Assembly: GCA_037379345.1 (NCBI GenBank)
Contig: CM074520.1
Location: forward strand, 3,782,001 to 3,846,000
Origin: Perna viridis
Taxonomy: Eukaryota
Direction of reading: 5' to 3'
DNA length: 64,000 nucleotides
The translations under genes and the position numbers were made by a program. The number at the start of each line of letters is the position of its first letter. Within the stretch, counting starts at the first letter, position 1. This document shows positions 1 to 13,787 of this stretch, in pieces. The notes beneath the pieces are model-generated. The model worked only from the letters and a program-made list of their open reading frames with translations, had not been told where the DNA came from and searched no databases.

Positions 1-2294
1 TTTTAAACTTCACCAGACAACTTTTGTCGCTTGACACGTTTCTGTTTAGGAATAAAGCAATAAAATGTATTATAAATTATATAATTGAAATCTATGAGAA
101 TTGGATGAAAAGAAATTTAAATTTCTATAAGTTGTTAGGATTCTCTAAGTAAACAAATTCAAAATTCAATGTATTATATGTATTAAAAGAAAATATGAAT
201 TTGAAGCAAATTTATTTCCTTTTATTTGGTTTGATTTGTTTATCACAAATTTGTAATGAACACCCAGAGACCTTTGTTTGGTTACATACACAATATTGGA
301 AACTGCTAACAAATGTTGTGTTTAGTTTAATTAGAGTTATTCCCCTTTGTATGTTAAATAAAAAGGCTGATATGATATTTTATTTTCTTCTGACTGTATT
401 ACATGTACTCTTAAGTTGAGAATATTTGATCCTCACCAATTTATAGTTTGGGTAGATTACATTTTATAAGAATTGAATCTCTTGATTGTTTTTTGTTTGT
501 AGAGTAGATCCTGTTTTAATTAATGATTAATAAGTTAAGTAGCACTTCAGCTAAGAATCATGCAAAATGTAATTCATGGGTTAAAAGCCTACATGTTTTG
601 ATTTTTGATATTATGTTTGAATTGCCAAAGTAAACAGAAATAAACATTCAATTTTTCACATAACCTGTGTTCTTAGGAGATAAAAATTATATAGAATGCA
701 CTGTAGATTTCAAAATTAAGGGAGATAACTCTGTAAATGACACTCAAATACAGTAGAATCTATTGGATTTTCAATGTTGATTATCTCCTAAGAGCAGGCA
801 GATTGGAATGAATAATTACACATTTCATAGTATAGACCCATAAAACAACTTAATTACAAAAATAAAAATATGTAGCCTTTTTTGGGGTGTATCATATATT
901 TCAGATTTTGCATGATTCTTACAAAGACACCTTCTTAAAAAAAGGTAAACTTGAGAAGCAAGAATGAGTATTCATGAAACTTGTTTTTTTTAGTGAAAAT
1001 ATGTGTTTTCATACATTTGTTAGCATAGCAGGATTACCTGTTTTGAATCACTACATACTCTTCCTTATTAAATTCAGCAAGGATTTTCGTGGTAGACAGG
1101 ATTGTTATTATGTGATATATTGATGTACATGTATGTTGCAATGTGGTAGACACCACATCATTGCCGGACTTGGTCATTTGTGAATGAATTTTCCAAATTA
1201 ATTCTTAGGTACACCAACCAAGCATGCTGCTTCAGATAATTCTTTTCACTTTTCAAAAATTCAGTAAAATAAAAATCATGTTTGAAATTTGTTCCTTTAT
1301 AATGTTTACAATACATGAAAAATTCATGATTTTTAGTGCCGAATTTCTCTATCCATTTTGAATAAATTCATCTATTTTTTTCTTTTAAACTCTTTACTGC
1401 TTCCTAAGATTGTATTCATACTTTTAAAATTATGTAAAATTAAAAGATTTTACAAAACTAAAGAAAATTTTCCTGTCTCTATAAAAAAAATTGTCACATG
1501 ACCAGTCTTTAATTTAAGAATTAAGAAAGGTGTTGGGGCATTAGGTTATGTTTATTGCCTGAAAAAATCTAGTTTGTTATTGTAACACAAAGAAAGTTCA
1601 TTTTATATATAAATAAATATAAGGAAAAAGCATTATTTCATTGTAATAATGTCAAAATATCACGATTAAATGTCATTTAACAAAACTGCTTAGAATTGTA
1701 AATTCACACCCAAGAAACAACTTTACATTTTCACGTATGATAAACTATGTGATAATGAATATATTCACTAAATATGAAGTTGTGTCTTGGATGTGGACAC
1801 CATTTCCCTGCCAAAAATATGACCAGAAAGTGACAAAAAAGTACAAAATTGACAGAATACAGTATCAGAATTGGTAAACTTCTAGCAACTGTTTTGTCCT
1901 TTTAATGCAAGAATTATCAGAAGTTTCATATTCTCTTATTTGTGATGGATTCAAGTCTCCAAATTCATGATTAAATCTTTCAACACTTTCTGATTAACTT
2001 TCAGTTTAATTTAGGCCAATGAGAGCCTTAATTGCTTTCTCCTTTAATTTAAATTGTTTACTAATAAAAAATTTTTTTGTCTAAAATACTGTGGCTAATG
2101 TCAAAAGCATTGGAAGTATTAAATTGATTGTAAATATAGTGATGTCACAATGTTTTTTTTTATTGTTACTTTGTCAAAACTTTCAAACTTACAATTTTTT
2201 TTTTGTGCAAACAGATTGGCATCTCTGGTAATGGTGATGGTAACACCTGAAATTGTCACTATAATTTTATATTCTACTTAATTTGTTATTATAG

Positions 2295-2443
2295 ATTGCA
2301 GAGGGTGGAAAAGCTGATCAGTCTGGCCTGTTACAAGTAGGAGACTATCTCCTTGGTGTTAACGGTATTAGATGTGTTTCCCAAATAGAGGCTGTCGAAC
2401 TGATCAAAGGAGCATTCAGAACAGTCACCTTAACTATATGGAG
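2295..2443 (+). CDS. shroom: Internal exon, C-terminal half of a PDZ domain (IAEGGKADQSGLLQVGDYLLGVNGIRCVSQIEAVELIKGAFRTVTLTIW-R)
   Basis: Acceptor ttattatag at 2293-2294 and donor GAG|gtaagt at 2444. 149 nt, phase 0 to 2. Shows the PDZ signature A..G.L..GD.+L.VNG and EA+.LIK. Missed by the ORF track. Confidence 0.93.
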
Positions 2444-3238
2444 GTAAGTTACACACATCAAAATTTGTAAGGGTACATGTATAGAACAGTCACACTCTCT
2501 GGATACCAGTTACACAGGCCAATAAATGTGAAAATGCATCTATAGAGCAGTCATCTTAACTGTCTGGAGGTACTGGTAAGTTTCTCTCACCAAAAATTGT
2601 GAAGAACATCTGGAGATAACACCAAAAAATGTGAAGATTCATGTAGGAAAACTTTATCTGGAGGAGTAATCAAGGGAACCAAGGTTATAGCGGTAATCAA
2701 AAGAATGTAATCCAGGGACAAAGACCAGACATGGAAAACAGACATACACAACAAAGAACATAAAGTAACTAAAATCATACATACAAAGTAACAAAAGCAA
2801 ATGAGCAACTTGGACTCCACTAAAAACTGGGAGCATGGACCAGGTGCACCGGTAGGGTAAGCGTCCTCTGCTTTTCTAGAAACACCCGCCGAGTTGCTCA
2901 TAAAAAGTCAAGTCTGGGGTAGACAAACGAGGAAAGGAAAACTATGACCCGTTGAATAAATCAGTTTCCATGGGGCTGATGGATATACCATGCTGATGGA
3001 GCAAAGTTACACATGCCAAAAAATGTGAAGGTACATGTATAGAAGAGCCACATTAACTATCTGGAGGTAAGTTACACATGCCAAAAAATGTGAAGATACA
3101 TGTATAGAACTATCACCTTGACTATCTGGAGGTAAGTTACACATGCCACAAAATGTGAAAGAACATGTATAGAACTATCACATTAACTATCTGGAGGTAA
3201 GTTACACATGCTGCCACAAAGTTTAGAGGTACATGTAT
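2418..3238 (+). repeat. 65-bp tandem repeat derived from the PDZ exon 3' end, its donor and the intron start; interrupted by a retroelement
   Basis: Unit agaactatcacattaactatctggaggtaagttacacatgccaaaaaatgtgaagatacatgtat. Unit starts at 2418 and 2483; GT copies at 3067, 3132 and 3197. Confidence 0.9.
2664..2991 (-). mobile_element. Penelope-like element 3' fragment, copy A
   Basis: The reverse complement matches the 3' part of copy C (about 35046-35345), including the last RT codons, the stop and the 3' UTR. Confidence 0.85.
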
Positions 3239-4843
3239 ATACTGTAAACAAACTTATTTTCATGGATGATTTCAGGATATCAGTTCAATTTCACTGCTAT
3301 ATTTTTTGCAAATTACAGTCTGTATACTATGTGTTCTATAATAGATGAAGTAATATGTGGCAGTCAATTTTCACATTAATTTCTTCATTAATTTCTTGCT
3401 CTTGAAGTTTGTGAAAAGTAATCTTTTGTGAAAATAAGTTGAATTTGTATTTCACTGGTTATAAAACTTCTTCCAAATCAACAAGTTGAAATGAAATGCA
3501 AACATTCAGTTGAAAAGCTATGTTACCAAATGGAATTCTGATTTCCAAGAACTAAAAATTCTTTTCACCAAACTATAAAATTAAGATTCCCAAACTGTAT
3601 TTGTTTTATTTCCAAAGTCTCCTTTTTCTTTAAAGAATCAAAGAACCTTGATGAGATATTTTGTTGGTCACCCCCTTTTTAGAAAAACCAAATTATTGTG
3701 TATTTGAGATGCAGCTAATAGCTTTATTGTTCCTTGATGAATTACTGTACACCAAAGGATTTCCTTTTCTCAGTAGTGAAACAGCTATATCATGCCTTGA
3801 TGAATTTTCCAATACTTGGCTGTTTTTATTTTCATGTCATTTTATACTTGAATTGGTTTTATATAAGGTTGAGTAGAAGAAGGTATGGAAAAGACACTAC
3901 TAAATAAATTATGTGAACTGTAATATCAATCTTTTAAATAATTAATTGGACAAAAATCTTAAGTTTGTCCTTTAAGATAGACTTTCATTAACTAAGCATG
4001 TGTAAAGTGTTAACTACACAGCTATTTATTGGTACTCTTAAGTAAGTACAATGTCATAAATTGTCATACATATCAACTACAGGTACATATAAGGTAAATT
4101 TATAGTTCTTTGTACTTCATAGAGAACCCAGATATATATTCATTGCTGAATGACAGTGATGCCTCTATTTCTTAAAAGTATTTCAATGGTATCTAGGTAA
4201 AAATGTTTTATATTAGGATGCAGTTTCTGTGATATTATCTTGGTTTAAAACTGTCGAATCGATTTTTAAATTTCTTTGCATTTGGAAAAATAAATTGGAA
4301 CTACCCATGCAACTGAAACATTTCACTTTGAAGCTGTGATCACTTAATCATTGGATTGAAACATTCCCATTGTAGACGTGATCACAATTAATGGTAAAGT
4401 GGTTTAATGGGCTTGGATAAATAAGGGAGATAACTCTAATTTACCTGTCTTCTAATGTCTTTTGGGAAATGTTAATACTTTCACTAAGTAATGATGGATC
4501 AAGACAAATCAATATGATATTGAAAGGTAATCAACGACAACCTAGACTCTATTGTACCCTTACAAGACGAAAAAAATCAAATTGAATTCGAATTGAGATT
4601 TTCTTTATATATGCTGAATACCAAGCGACGGTGAACAACTATAATTTTCTCGTGAGTGGAGACTTGATACTATTGAAAAAGTTCAATTGAAAACATGATT
4701 TGAATATGAATTAATATGACTTTTAAAGATTGAAGGCAATGCTCTGTGTAGCGCAGCGTCATTTTCTCATACTAGATATAGGAAAATGACATTAAATAGT
4801 TTTGTTGCTAAAATGGGTGTTTAAGTTCTAGGGGAAGGAAACA

Positions 4844-4902
4844 ATGGATATTTTCAAGGATATTGACCCATGGGATGTATTGAAAGCTAGAATAGAATTA
4901 AG
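4844..4902 (+). CDS. Candidate alternative first coding exon (MDIFKDIDPWDVLKARIEL-R)
   Basis: acaATGg start context, open frame to AAG|gtaggt, phase 2. CpG-retaining stretch upstream at about 4620-4760. Confidence 0.6.
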
Positions 4903-5395
4903 GTAGGTTGTCTTAGTGTAGGCCAATTCCAGGTGTTTACAAAATCATCAGTTTTATGATAAATTGCATGTTGATTAGCTGGAGTGCTTTCCCATTAAAA
5001 CGAAAACAATTTTTGAAATGATATGTGAAATTAAGTTCAGTCAGTACTACTTTGAGTTATTACAAAACAGAAACAAATTTGAATCATGTGATACAATTTT
5101 ATAATGATACTACATTAGATACTAGTACATGAAGTGACGGATTTTTAATCTTTATGTAATATTAATGCCATTCATATGTTTTTGAGATGAAAAGTTAAGA
5201 AAAGAGTTTGAATTGATAACATCTTTACCCATGTAATATGGTACATTTACATGTATATAATGTTTAATAGTATAATCTTCAGATCGAAAAACTGTGTGAA
5301 TTGTAAGAATTGCATACTCTGGTATATATTTCACTGTGTGCTTTATGAAATTGTACACATGTACAGTATGTATCTTCGAAATTTTAAATATTTAA

Positions 5396-5610
5396 TACTG
5401 TGAAAGTACTTTCATTCATGGATATCAATTATTGTGGGTTAGGGAAGAAAAGTCAGTATGTAGATTCTTGAATTCTTGGGTTAAACACGTTCATCGTCCG
5501 TCGTACAAATGAGTGAAACATTTCCTTTTCATTGGCAACTAAATTGATTGTCAGGCCAGTGAAAACCATGAAAATTGGTACCCCACAAACAATGATTAAC
5601 TTTCACAGTA
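5396..5610. mobile_element. MITE with TACTGT...ACAGTA ends and imperfect TIRs of about 40 bp
   Basis: Left end tactgtgaaagtactttcattcatggatatcaatt versus the reverse complement of the right end, tactgtgaaagttaatcattgtttgtggggtaccaatt. Degenerate relatives near 3240-3450 and 21267-21461. Confidence 0.6.
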
Positions 5611-8600
5611 AGCAGTGCCTATGGTATTAACTAGTCACCCTAATAGTAAATTATTAAGATCAGATACAAAATATTTTTGTGATACGAAATTGTTCACCTT
5701 AATTGATAAAATGAAGAAAATCACTTAATAAAAAGACTTTATATTGTTAAGAGGTTATTTAAGAATTCTCATTTAATGAGTGAATTTGCTCTTTCATTTA
5801 TTAAACATACTCCAGGTAATGGAAAAATTATCAGAAAGATAATAATTTTAAACATTTACCATTAGTATCCTAGGAGCTATTTAAAACTATTATAAATGTT
5901 CTCTATTGAATCAAGGCAGGAAGTTAACCATTAATTTTTTAGATAAAATGAATTGTTAGAAGGGATAATTTACCATTATTGGGTGCCTAAATGAATATCA
6001 TTATTCATTTTCTTTGACAGTACATGTACTAGGCTTGTATCAAGATAGCAGTATGATTACATGGATTAATATGTGACATTTATCAGTTAACATGACTTTG
6101 TCATCTTTTGTTACCAAGTAGCTAATATTGTCAAGTCTTAATTAGAAATTGCTCACAGAAAAAGTGCTTATATTAGTATCTTAGTAATTAACCTGTGTCA
6201 ATTTCATGTTTCATTCTGAAGATTTTTCCTGAAATTGTTGTCTTTGTCACCAAGGAAGCCAATAGGATTATATCATTTTTATGGTGTAATTCCACCAGAC
6301 TGGAAGGTATAGATTGTCTCTAATACATTGTAACTAGGTAACTTTTATCTATTCATCAGAAACATCTGAAATAATTATATTAAAAATCACCAATACCATA
6401 GTCAGGTCATGTATAGATTCAGCTCTGAATCAATAGTCTCAAGGGTGTAGCATATTGTGATGAATTGATGTGATGATAACATTTGTTCTCTCAATGATAA
6501 CATATGGCTACCTAACAAATATTTCCCTGGCTTGAAAGACTAAAAATATGTAGTTTGATGAGAATTTACAAGAGTAACTGTCATTTGTACTGTTATAACA
6601 TTTAGAGGGGCTTTAGAGTAAATGTAGAAAATCAAAGAACATGAAAATTAATGTTTAATATAAACCTATGCTGAATTTATTTTGACATGATTTTTTTATG
6701 AGTTAATTTTGTTATTGTATTGTGAAATTTGTTTATCTGTTTAAAAAAGATTTTGATTCTCTCAGAAAGGATCCAAGATAAAAGGATTGTTGTGGATTAA
6801 AAAATACTAGGAAGAGCAATTTTTTATACAATGTGATTTTGATATTGTAGCATCATATTTTCGCATATTTTCATATTGACATTTTTTCATGAAGAAAACT
6901 CAAAAACAAAAATATATAGAAAGTTCACTCTCTAACAGAAAGTTCATATTCATTTGTAGAGCCTTTTACAGCACTGAACCATTAGTATGCACTGTTCTTT
7001 TTGAGTTGTCTACCTTTGAACAGTTTAAACAATTTGGGCAAGGAGAGAATTAATCAGTGCCATATGATAATCCCAATGACAAGGGCATAAGTAAATTTTG
7101 CCATTGACATGAATTATTGTATCTTATTGTGACTTAAGTAGGTCACAAGTGGTTAATTATTTATGCAGTTAAAAAGTATAGGTTTGTTGTGGTTGTAAAG
7201 CCTTGAAGTGTTTTAGAGACAACTGTTTTTATTTGAAGAATTTTATTTGTATGATCTTGTTAATATATCTAACAAACAGTTCCAGTCTTTTTGTTTTCAA
7301 AAGAACATTATTTAAACAGAAATATCAGCTAGAAAATTAGAAACTTCACATTTCTTTCATTTATGGTTCAAAATAAATATATTCTCTTGCTGCTAGAGAT
7401 TAAAAAGATAAGCAATCTTCATTTGAGCATGTTATTGCTATCTTTTTGTTGAAAAGTCTTTAAAAATCTTTATTCAGCTTTCTCTGCCAGTAGTACAGCT
7501 CAGCATTGAACAAGGCTATACATGTATTTCAGTTGTTTCCTCTTATAAACATAAACTGCTTCAGTAATTGCTGGTAAGACATATTGATCTTGATGGGTAA
7601 GATCTAACTTTACTAGATAAGGTATGTTCCAATGAATTGTAACCCTTGACAGTGGTGGATCCAAGGGGGTTGTTCTGTGGTTTAGAACCCCTCTTTTGTT
7701 CAAAATTTCAAATAATTTGGAGACGAATTTAAGCAAAAATAAGCTAAAAATGTCCTGGGACACTACCCACTCTGTATCTATTTCTGAAATGCACCTTTTT
7801 GGCTAGCTAAGTTCAACTAGAGCAGGTGTATGAAAGTTTTAAACCTTGAAATTTTGATGCAATTTGGAGCTATGAAAAACTGTAAAAAGATAATGATTAT
7901 AATTTGTTTCCAAGTGCATGAACCACCTTTTTTTTTGGAGAGGTGTCAGCTGTCTTACACTTGTAATTGGCATTTTTAACTGGTCTCCATTTTATAAAAG
8001 CATTTTAACTGAACAAATAAATCTATCAGTCAGTTGAGTTACAGAATTCCCTCTAAGTGGAAAATGATCATATGTGAATGAGACTCTGGGGGATGTCCAG
8101 AATAAATTGGCCAGTTTTCATTTTATTGTTACCTACAATCCTTGATGTCTCTGGAAGGTCAGATATAAAATGAAGAAAACAGATTTTAAAACACCATTTA
8201 TCAATAGATTAAGGTTAATTTGGGGCCAAATTAAGATAAAATTTGATAGTTGAACCATCATGTAATTCTACTGTTTGGTCTAAGGTATGTCAAGAATGTT
8301 TTAATACAGGGAAATAAAAAGATTTTCTGATTGCTACAGGCATGCATATTGTAATGGATTTAAATCATATAAGATGTGGATATTTAAGAAATGGATGTTT
8401 TATGCAGAAATCTTATTATCTGATCCTTTGTTTATGAAATTAATGTAGAAACAAGAACCACCCGCTAGTAAAATTCAGCTTTGTTTAGTGGTGTAATTTT
8501 ATGCTCCTGAATTTTGTATTGAGAGATTTTTATTTTGCACCATCACATTTATAAGGTAAAGGTGATGAGGCTATAGTTGGTGGCTTTCATCAGTCTGGCT

Positions 8601-10391
8601 GTCTTTCTATGTTTTTGCACCATACAGTTATCTGGTCCATTTCTGTAATTGGTTTGATGACTTGATATTTGGATTGTTTTAAGCTTTAGATGACCTATTG
8701 TTCCAGCTAGAATTTTGATTTGATTAGATGTATGGCCAGTTGTCATTTCTAAAGTCTCCTACAGGTATAGGCTATGGTTTGGTTGCTTCTGGCTGTTCTA
8801 CAATTGTTCTGCTTCATACATTTATCTTGTTCTTTTCTGGAAATAGTTTGAGATTATGGTTTGTTTTAAGCTCTAGATGTCTTAAATTTTCTGATTGAGT
8901 TCAAACTAGGATTTGATCAGGGATATGGCCTTACTTGGTCTTTTTTTAGATGATTTTCTGTTGTTTAGACTTTGAAATATTGGCTTTGCATTTTGAAGGT
9001 TTGGCCACAGGGCCTTCATTGTGGTGTGAGCTTCCTTTGAAAAAAATTGCATTGTTTGGTGCAGAACAAGGTTGTGTCATGGTGGTCTTCTTGTTCATTT
9101 TACTTTGGATGGTAAGTTTTTACTAAATGTCTCGTCGTTTGAGACATGACTCCTTATTAGATTAAAATTATACCAATGCATTTTATTGATACTCAGTGAA
9201 ACTCATTAATCATTAGAAAAATTATCATTTTATTTCTAAAGTTCTGATGTATAGGGAAGTAATTCAGATTGCATGGATTTTGAGAAGATAGAGATTTTTT
9301 GTCCTAATCTGAAATTTGACACTTATTTATTGCATTTGCTGCTCAGTTGCATAATTTCAATGAAAACATTGCAAAAATCTTGTGTTATCATAACCATATG
9401 CATAGCCATTTAGAAAATATGTAGGTAGAAAATGACAGCTTAAGACAGTCATACCAAGACTTTCAGATCTTCCTGGGGGCTAATTTATGCTGACAACTTT
9501 TGTCAAAAGACAATATTCCTATATTTATTCTTTAATAGGATTATTGTGTATGGGAAAAGCAGGACAAAGGACATGATAGTTTTAAATGTGTTTCATGTAT
9601 GTTAGTTTTCTAGTTATAACCATTGAACCATTCATGTATGGAGTTTTTAAAAATAATTAAAATTTTAAAATATAATGTACATAATAAGATAATTGCTCTG
9701 TTTTCCTAAGTCTTGCATAGCTGGTATATGTAGTTAAAAATTTTGACATGGTTTTATGTATTGCCTTGGGTAAGCGTGTTGGAATTTCATCTGACAATTT
9801 GAAGCTCCTTGTTTCATAGTGTATATCCCATGGATTTAATTTAGTTCTTTCAATTTATAGTGTTACAAATTCTGATATAACTGTAATATTTTAAGAGGAT
9901 TACAATAAGATCTAGGGACGTTTTAAAAATTTAAATAGTTTTAAAAGAAAAATGATAGACAGTTATACAAGGTCTATGTGTGGTGCCTTTTGATGGGAAG
10001 ACAAGCGTAGGATGTTAAATGGTCTTGATTCCATACACAAATATATGTTTTCTTTACATTTATAGCTTTATTTATTGTTAATAGCAGATAAAATGATCAG
10101 TTATATGTGTACATCACATTAATGTGTTCTGACTTTGGGAAAATACATGTACATTAGTGGACATTATACCAATAGTTTATACTATCTCATGTTTGATTGT
10201 GATAAAAGAACATATATTGAAAGGAAAAAATATGATGGAAGTGAAATATGTGTTTGTGGAAAATGCATGATGAAACCTTTTCTAAATACCATTTAATTTT
10301 GTGGATATATTTAGGAGAAAAGATTTTTGGTCCATGTATAGTAAGTTTGGAATATAAAATGCATATATAAATTCAGTTGTGACTGTAGGCT

Positions 10392-10780
10392 ATGGATAGG
10401 CCGATATTGACACCTCGTAGTCCTGCTGTCAAAAACAATATGAATGGTGATTTAGAATTACACATCGGCACTCATCGGAAGCCTAAACCTAGGCCTAGTA
10501 ATATATTGATCAAGTCATCTAGTCGGAACAGCTTGACGTCCCATTCTCTCCATCGTAGTGAGAGCACTGGAACACCACGTCGCAGTCAGTCAACAATCCC
10601 TTCTAGTCCAAGGGCTAGAAGTCCTAGTGCAGGTCCTCAAAGTCCTCGTAGTCCAGGACTGGGCCCACAGACTCCCCGTAGTCCTAGTCCAAGTTTATCA
10701 CAACAGAGATTTAGAAGTAGCACACCATCCTTACTGGAATCACTTTTGAGAAGAACTCGTAATAGCTGGGGATATGATGG
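10392..10780 (+). CDS. Alternative first coding exon, 129 codons, Ser/Pro/Arg-rich (MDRPILTPRSP...PQSPRSP...LLESLLRRTRNSWGYD-G)
   Basis: Long ORF with coding-like GC and CpG content in an AT-rich intron. Donor TGG|gtatgt at 10781, just before the in-frame TAA. Phase 2 matches the acceptors at 31631 and 55968. Confidence 0.82.
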
Positions 10781-10925
10781 GTATGTTTAATTGAGAATAA
10801 CTCATAATAGCCGGGGATATGATGGGTATGTTAAATTGAGAATAACTCATAATAGTCGGGGATATGATGGGTATGTTAAATTGAGAAGAACTCGTAATAG
10901 CTAGGGATATGATGGGTGTGTTAAA
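10746..10925 (+). repeat. 4 x 45-bp tandem repeat spanning the splice donor of the 10392 exon
   Basis: Unit ttgagaagaactcgtaatagctggggatatgatgggtatgttwaa at 10746, 10791, 10836 and 10881. Confidence 0.95.
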
Positions 10926-12270
10926 TTGGCATTCTCACCAATCTTTTTAGGTATTTCAATATTCAAGTGTAACCATTACATGTATTGCCATGTGATTTTG
11001 ATTTGCTAGTTATTTTTTTGGTGGGAGGATTAGTTCGTGGGGACTTCCTAAGAGAACATAACACAGGTAGGAGAGCTACCATGTGTTTACCACTAATTAC
11101 CATGATGTGTCTAAATCCAATTTCAGGCAACAAAACAGACCACTGTACATTTACTTGCTTGTTTACCAATGAAACTGGTATTGTTAGGGTGTCTACAGGG
11201 GTTCACTTTCTAGAATGCAATGTTCTGAAACTTCTTTTCCAAGTTTCAAACCATAATGGTACACATGGGGAAAATCAAAAGTCTGCAGTAAACTGTCAAT
11301 AAAAAGGGATGAAGGTCCAAGAATCCGGTAAATAAATTTTCAAAGTTTGTAGTTAAGAAATTCAGTGTCCTGGAATTTGAACCACTACTTATTTTAAGAA
11401 CTGGTCTGTTTTCCCATTGAAAATTGGAGAAACCCTAAATCTATTATTGGTCCTCTAAAACATGATTTGACACTTTGCTGGGATTGAGCCCACATTGGTG
11501 TCAGATATTAATACCTTATGATGGGTTAAGAATATGATTTGGAAACTCCACCTGCATAACTACCAAATCACAAAATACCTGGTAGTTTAATCCTTCATAT
11601 CATGTATTCTTATGGTATGCTAATTAGATAATGATTGCATTCTCTGGTCATGAAGAAATAAATCCCTTTCTGTTTTTAGAAAGGTCAATTTTAAGTGTTT
11701 CATTCCTTTCCCCTAATTATTTTTTAAATATGAAAACATCTCCTTTAAGAAAAGATTTTTTTGGGGAATCAGAAGTTGTGACCTTACAATTTCATAATAA
11801 CTAAAAGGGTAATTCTGTTTTGAATAAAATAATTATATCTCATAAGATATTATTTAAATTATAGATACTTTTGGAAATTTTAAATTCTATAACAACAGAC
11901 TTGCAATTAAAATTTATTGAAATGTTATGAAAAGAAGAATTAAAGTCTGGATCAAGATTGTTATTAATGGACCAATAGCAGTTAATTGAAGGCGAGAAAA
12001 TTAAATTGTCACATGTCCTTGAAAGATGATTAAAGTTTATTTTTCCTCAGGTAAACAGATGTATATTATTTTGATATGCTGAATAAATAAAGTGAAGTAT
12101 ATATATAAATTAGATTGCCAAGTACATGTATGCACATGCTGGTTTAAATTGCTTAATTTTATATCAAGGCAGAAAGGTCGACTCCTACTTCAAATTGAAT
12201 GATAGGTGTGATGCATATTGTGTATTTTAAAAGTACTGGTTATGTTCAAATCATTCAAAGTTGGTCTTAA

Positions 12271-12482
12271 GGAGGTAAACCTAGAGTAAGAGACACAATT
12301 CTTGAAATCAGTGATATATTTGTATCATATTCAATTTCACCGAAGCCTTTCCAGCTTTCCTTTGAAACAGAATGAAATCAGACCAAGTTACTTTGATGCT
12401 GGCATGAGATTGACGTAAAATGGTGAATACAAACGTTCCAATGATTTGTAAGAGTTGTGTCCCTTACCCTAGGTCTACCTCC
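12271..12482. mobile_element. 212-bp MITE, TTAA target duplication, TIRs of about 33 bp starting GG (Kolobok-like), copy 1
   Basis: ttaa|ggaggtaaacctagagtaagagacacaattctt ... aagagttgtgtcccttaccctaggtctacctcc|ttaa. Confidence 0.8.
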
Positions 12483-13571
12483 TTAAAGGCCCATATTTTT
12501 GTTGGTGTAAATGATTTTCCTGTTAAAGTGAAAATTAATGATGGAGGTTTGGAAAAAGGAGGAGAAAATATTTTTTAGTTATACAATGATCTGTAAAAAT
12601 GTTTGAAAGTGTTTTGTTCAACTTAACTAATTAGACTCATTTCCTTGAAATGCATTGTTTTATTACTGTTTAAATCCTTTGACAAAGCATAACATTAGCA
12701 TTTTGTTAACCATGTCCTAACAGACAAGTTGATGAAAATTCTACTTGCCCAAATTGAAATTTAGGTTGTCCTGTAGTAAATGCATGTTTAAAAAGAAATA
12801 AAATTTAGTCCCCTGGGCAAGTATGATTTACCTTTTATTGGTCCAAATGGCATTTTCACAGGTCAACCTTTAACTTCATGTACATTCACAATCAACTAAA
12901 GATATGTTTCACCTTGTAATGGTACATCTGTATTTTTATTACAAACATGGATTGCTGAAATGTACAAGGTTATTCAGAAAGTTTTGAAAAAATCTGGAAT
13001 CATTGCATTTTTTTACTTTTCTTTCCATGTTTCTTTAATATTAGATGAATGTGTATTCAACTTGGAACATCTTTTGTGGGCAATGTTCCCATAGCTCTAT
13101 TATTCTTGTTAAGGGAGATAACTCAAACTTCAAAATATTCATCTGAAGTGAACAACAAAGAAACAAGCTATACCATTCAGGTAAGAATTTACCTGAGATT
13201 GACCTTTAAAGATGATTTTTATGTGCACTAGTATTGATGATGTCATCACACAAATCAAAATAACAGAAGTCTGAGAAGTATCCTATGTCATGAGCATACC
13301 TGTGATTTTTGTAGCATAGTGATTAGTAAATATTTCTTTGATGCACATTTATATAATTACAGGTGAGTAAAGAAGGTAGTGATATGTCTGTCATGAATTG
13401 GTTCAAACTGTAAAAGATAAAGCTTTTTCTGTACAAATCCAATTTATCTTTGATTTGACAACCCCATGTTCTCTATAACAGTCTTGCACAGGAGCAATGG
13501 CAGACCCAAACCCTAGACCCCCTTTTTTGTTGGAATTAAAAAAAAAAATTGTTCAAAATTGAAGTAATAGC

Positions 13572-13635
13572 CTAGAAACCTTTTGTATGGACCTCCCTCC
13601 CCTCTAGAAACCTTTTGTATGGACCTCCCTCCCCT
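13572..13635 (+). repeat. Perfect 2 x 32-bp duplication inside a decayed MITE-like segment
   Basis: ctagaaaccttttgtatggacctccctcccct at 13572 and 13604. Confidence 0.9.
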
Positions 13636-13787
13636 CCTTGCAAACTCTGAAATTCTTTGGATCTCTGCCTGAGCTTCAAATCATATCAGTAAACTCTAAT
13701 ATATGTCATTTCCCACATGTTTCAGAGCATGATATAGGACATTGCTGATGCTCCATCCCTAAAGTCTTGGGTTGGCTAATCTCTATA

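Noticed and set aside
2587-2901. Recurrent ORFs MSNSAGVSRKAEDAYP.../MLxVFSGV... (also 16889-17089, 35173-35382, 49015-49254)
   Set aside because: These are translations of the retroelement 3' UTR. Frames and ends differ between copies.
9079-9111. MVVFLFILLWM followed by a gtaagt donor
   Set aside because: Phase 0, incompatible with the downstream phase-2 acceptors. The phase-2 frame has no ATG after an upstream TGA.
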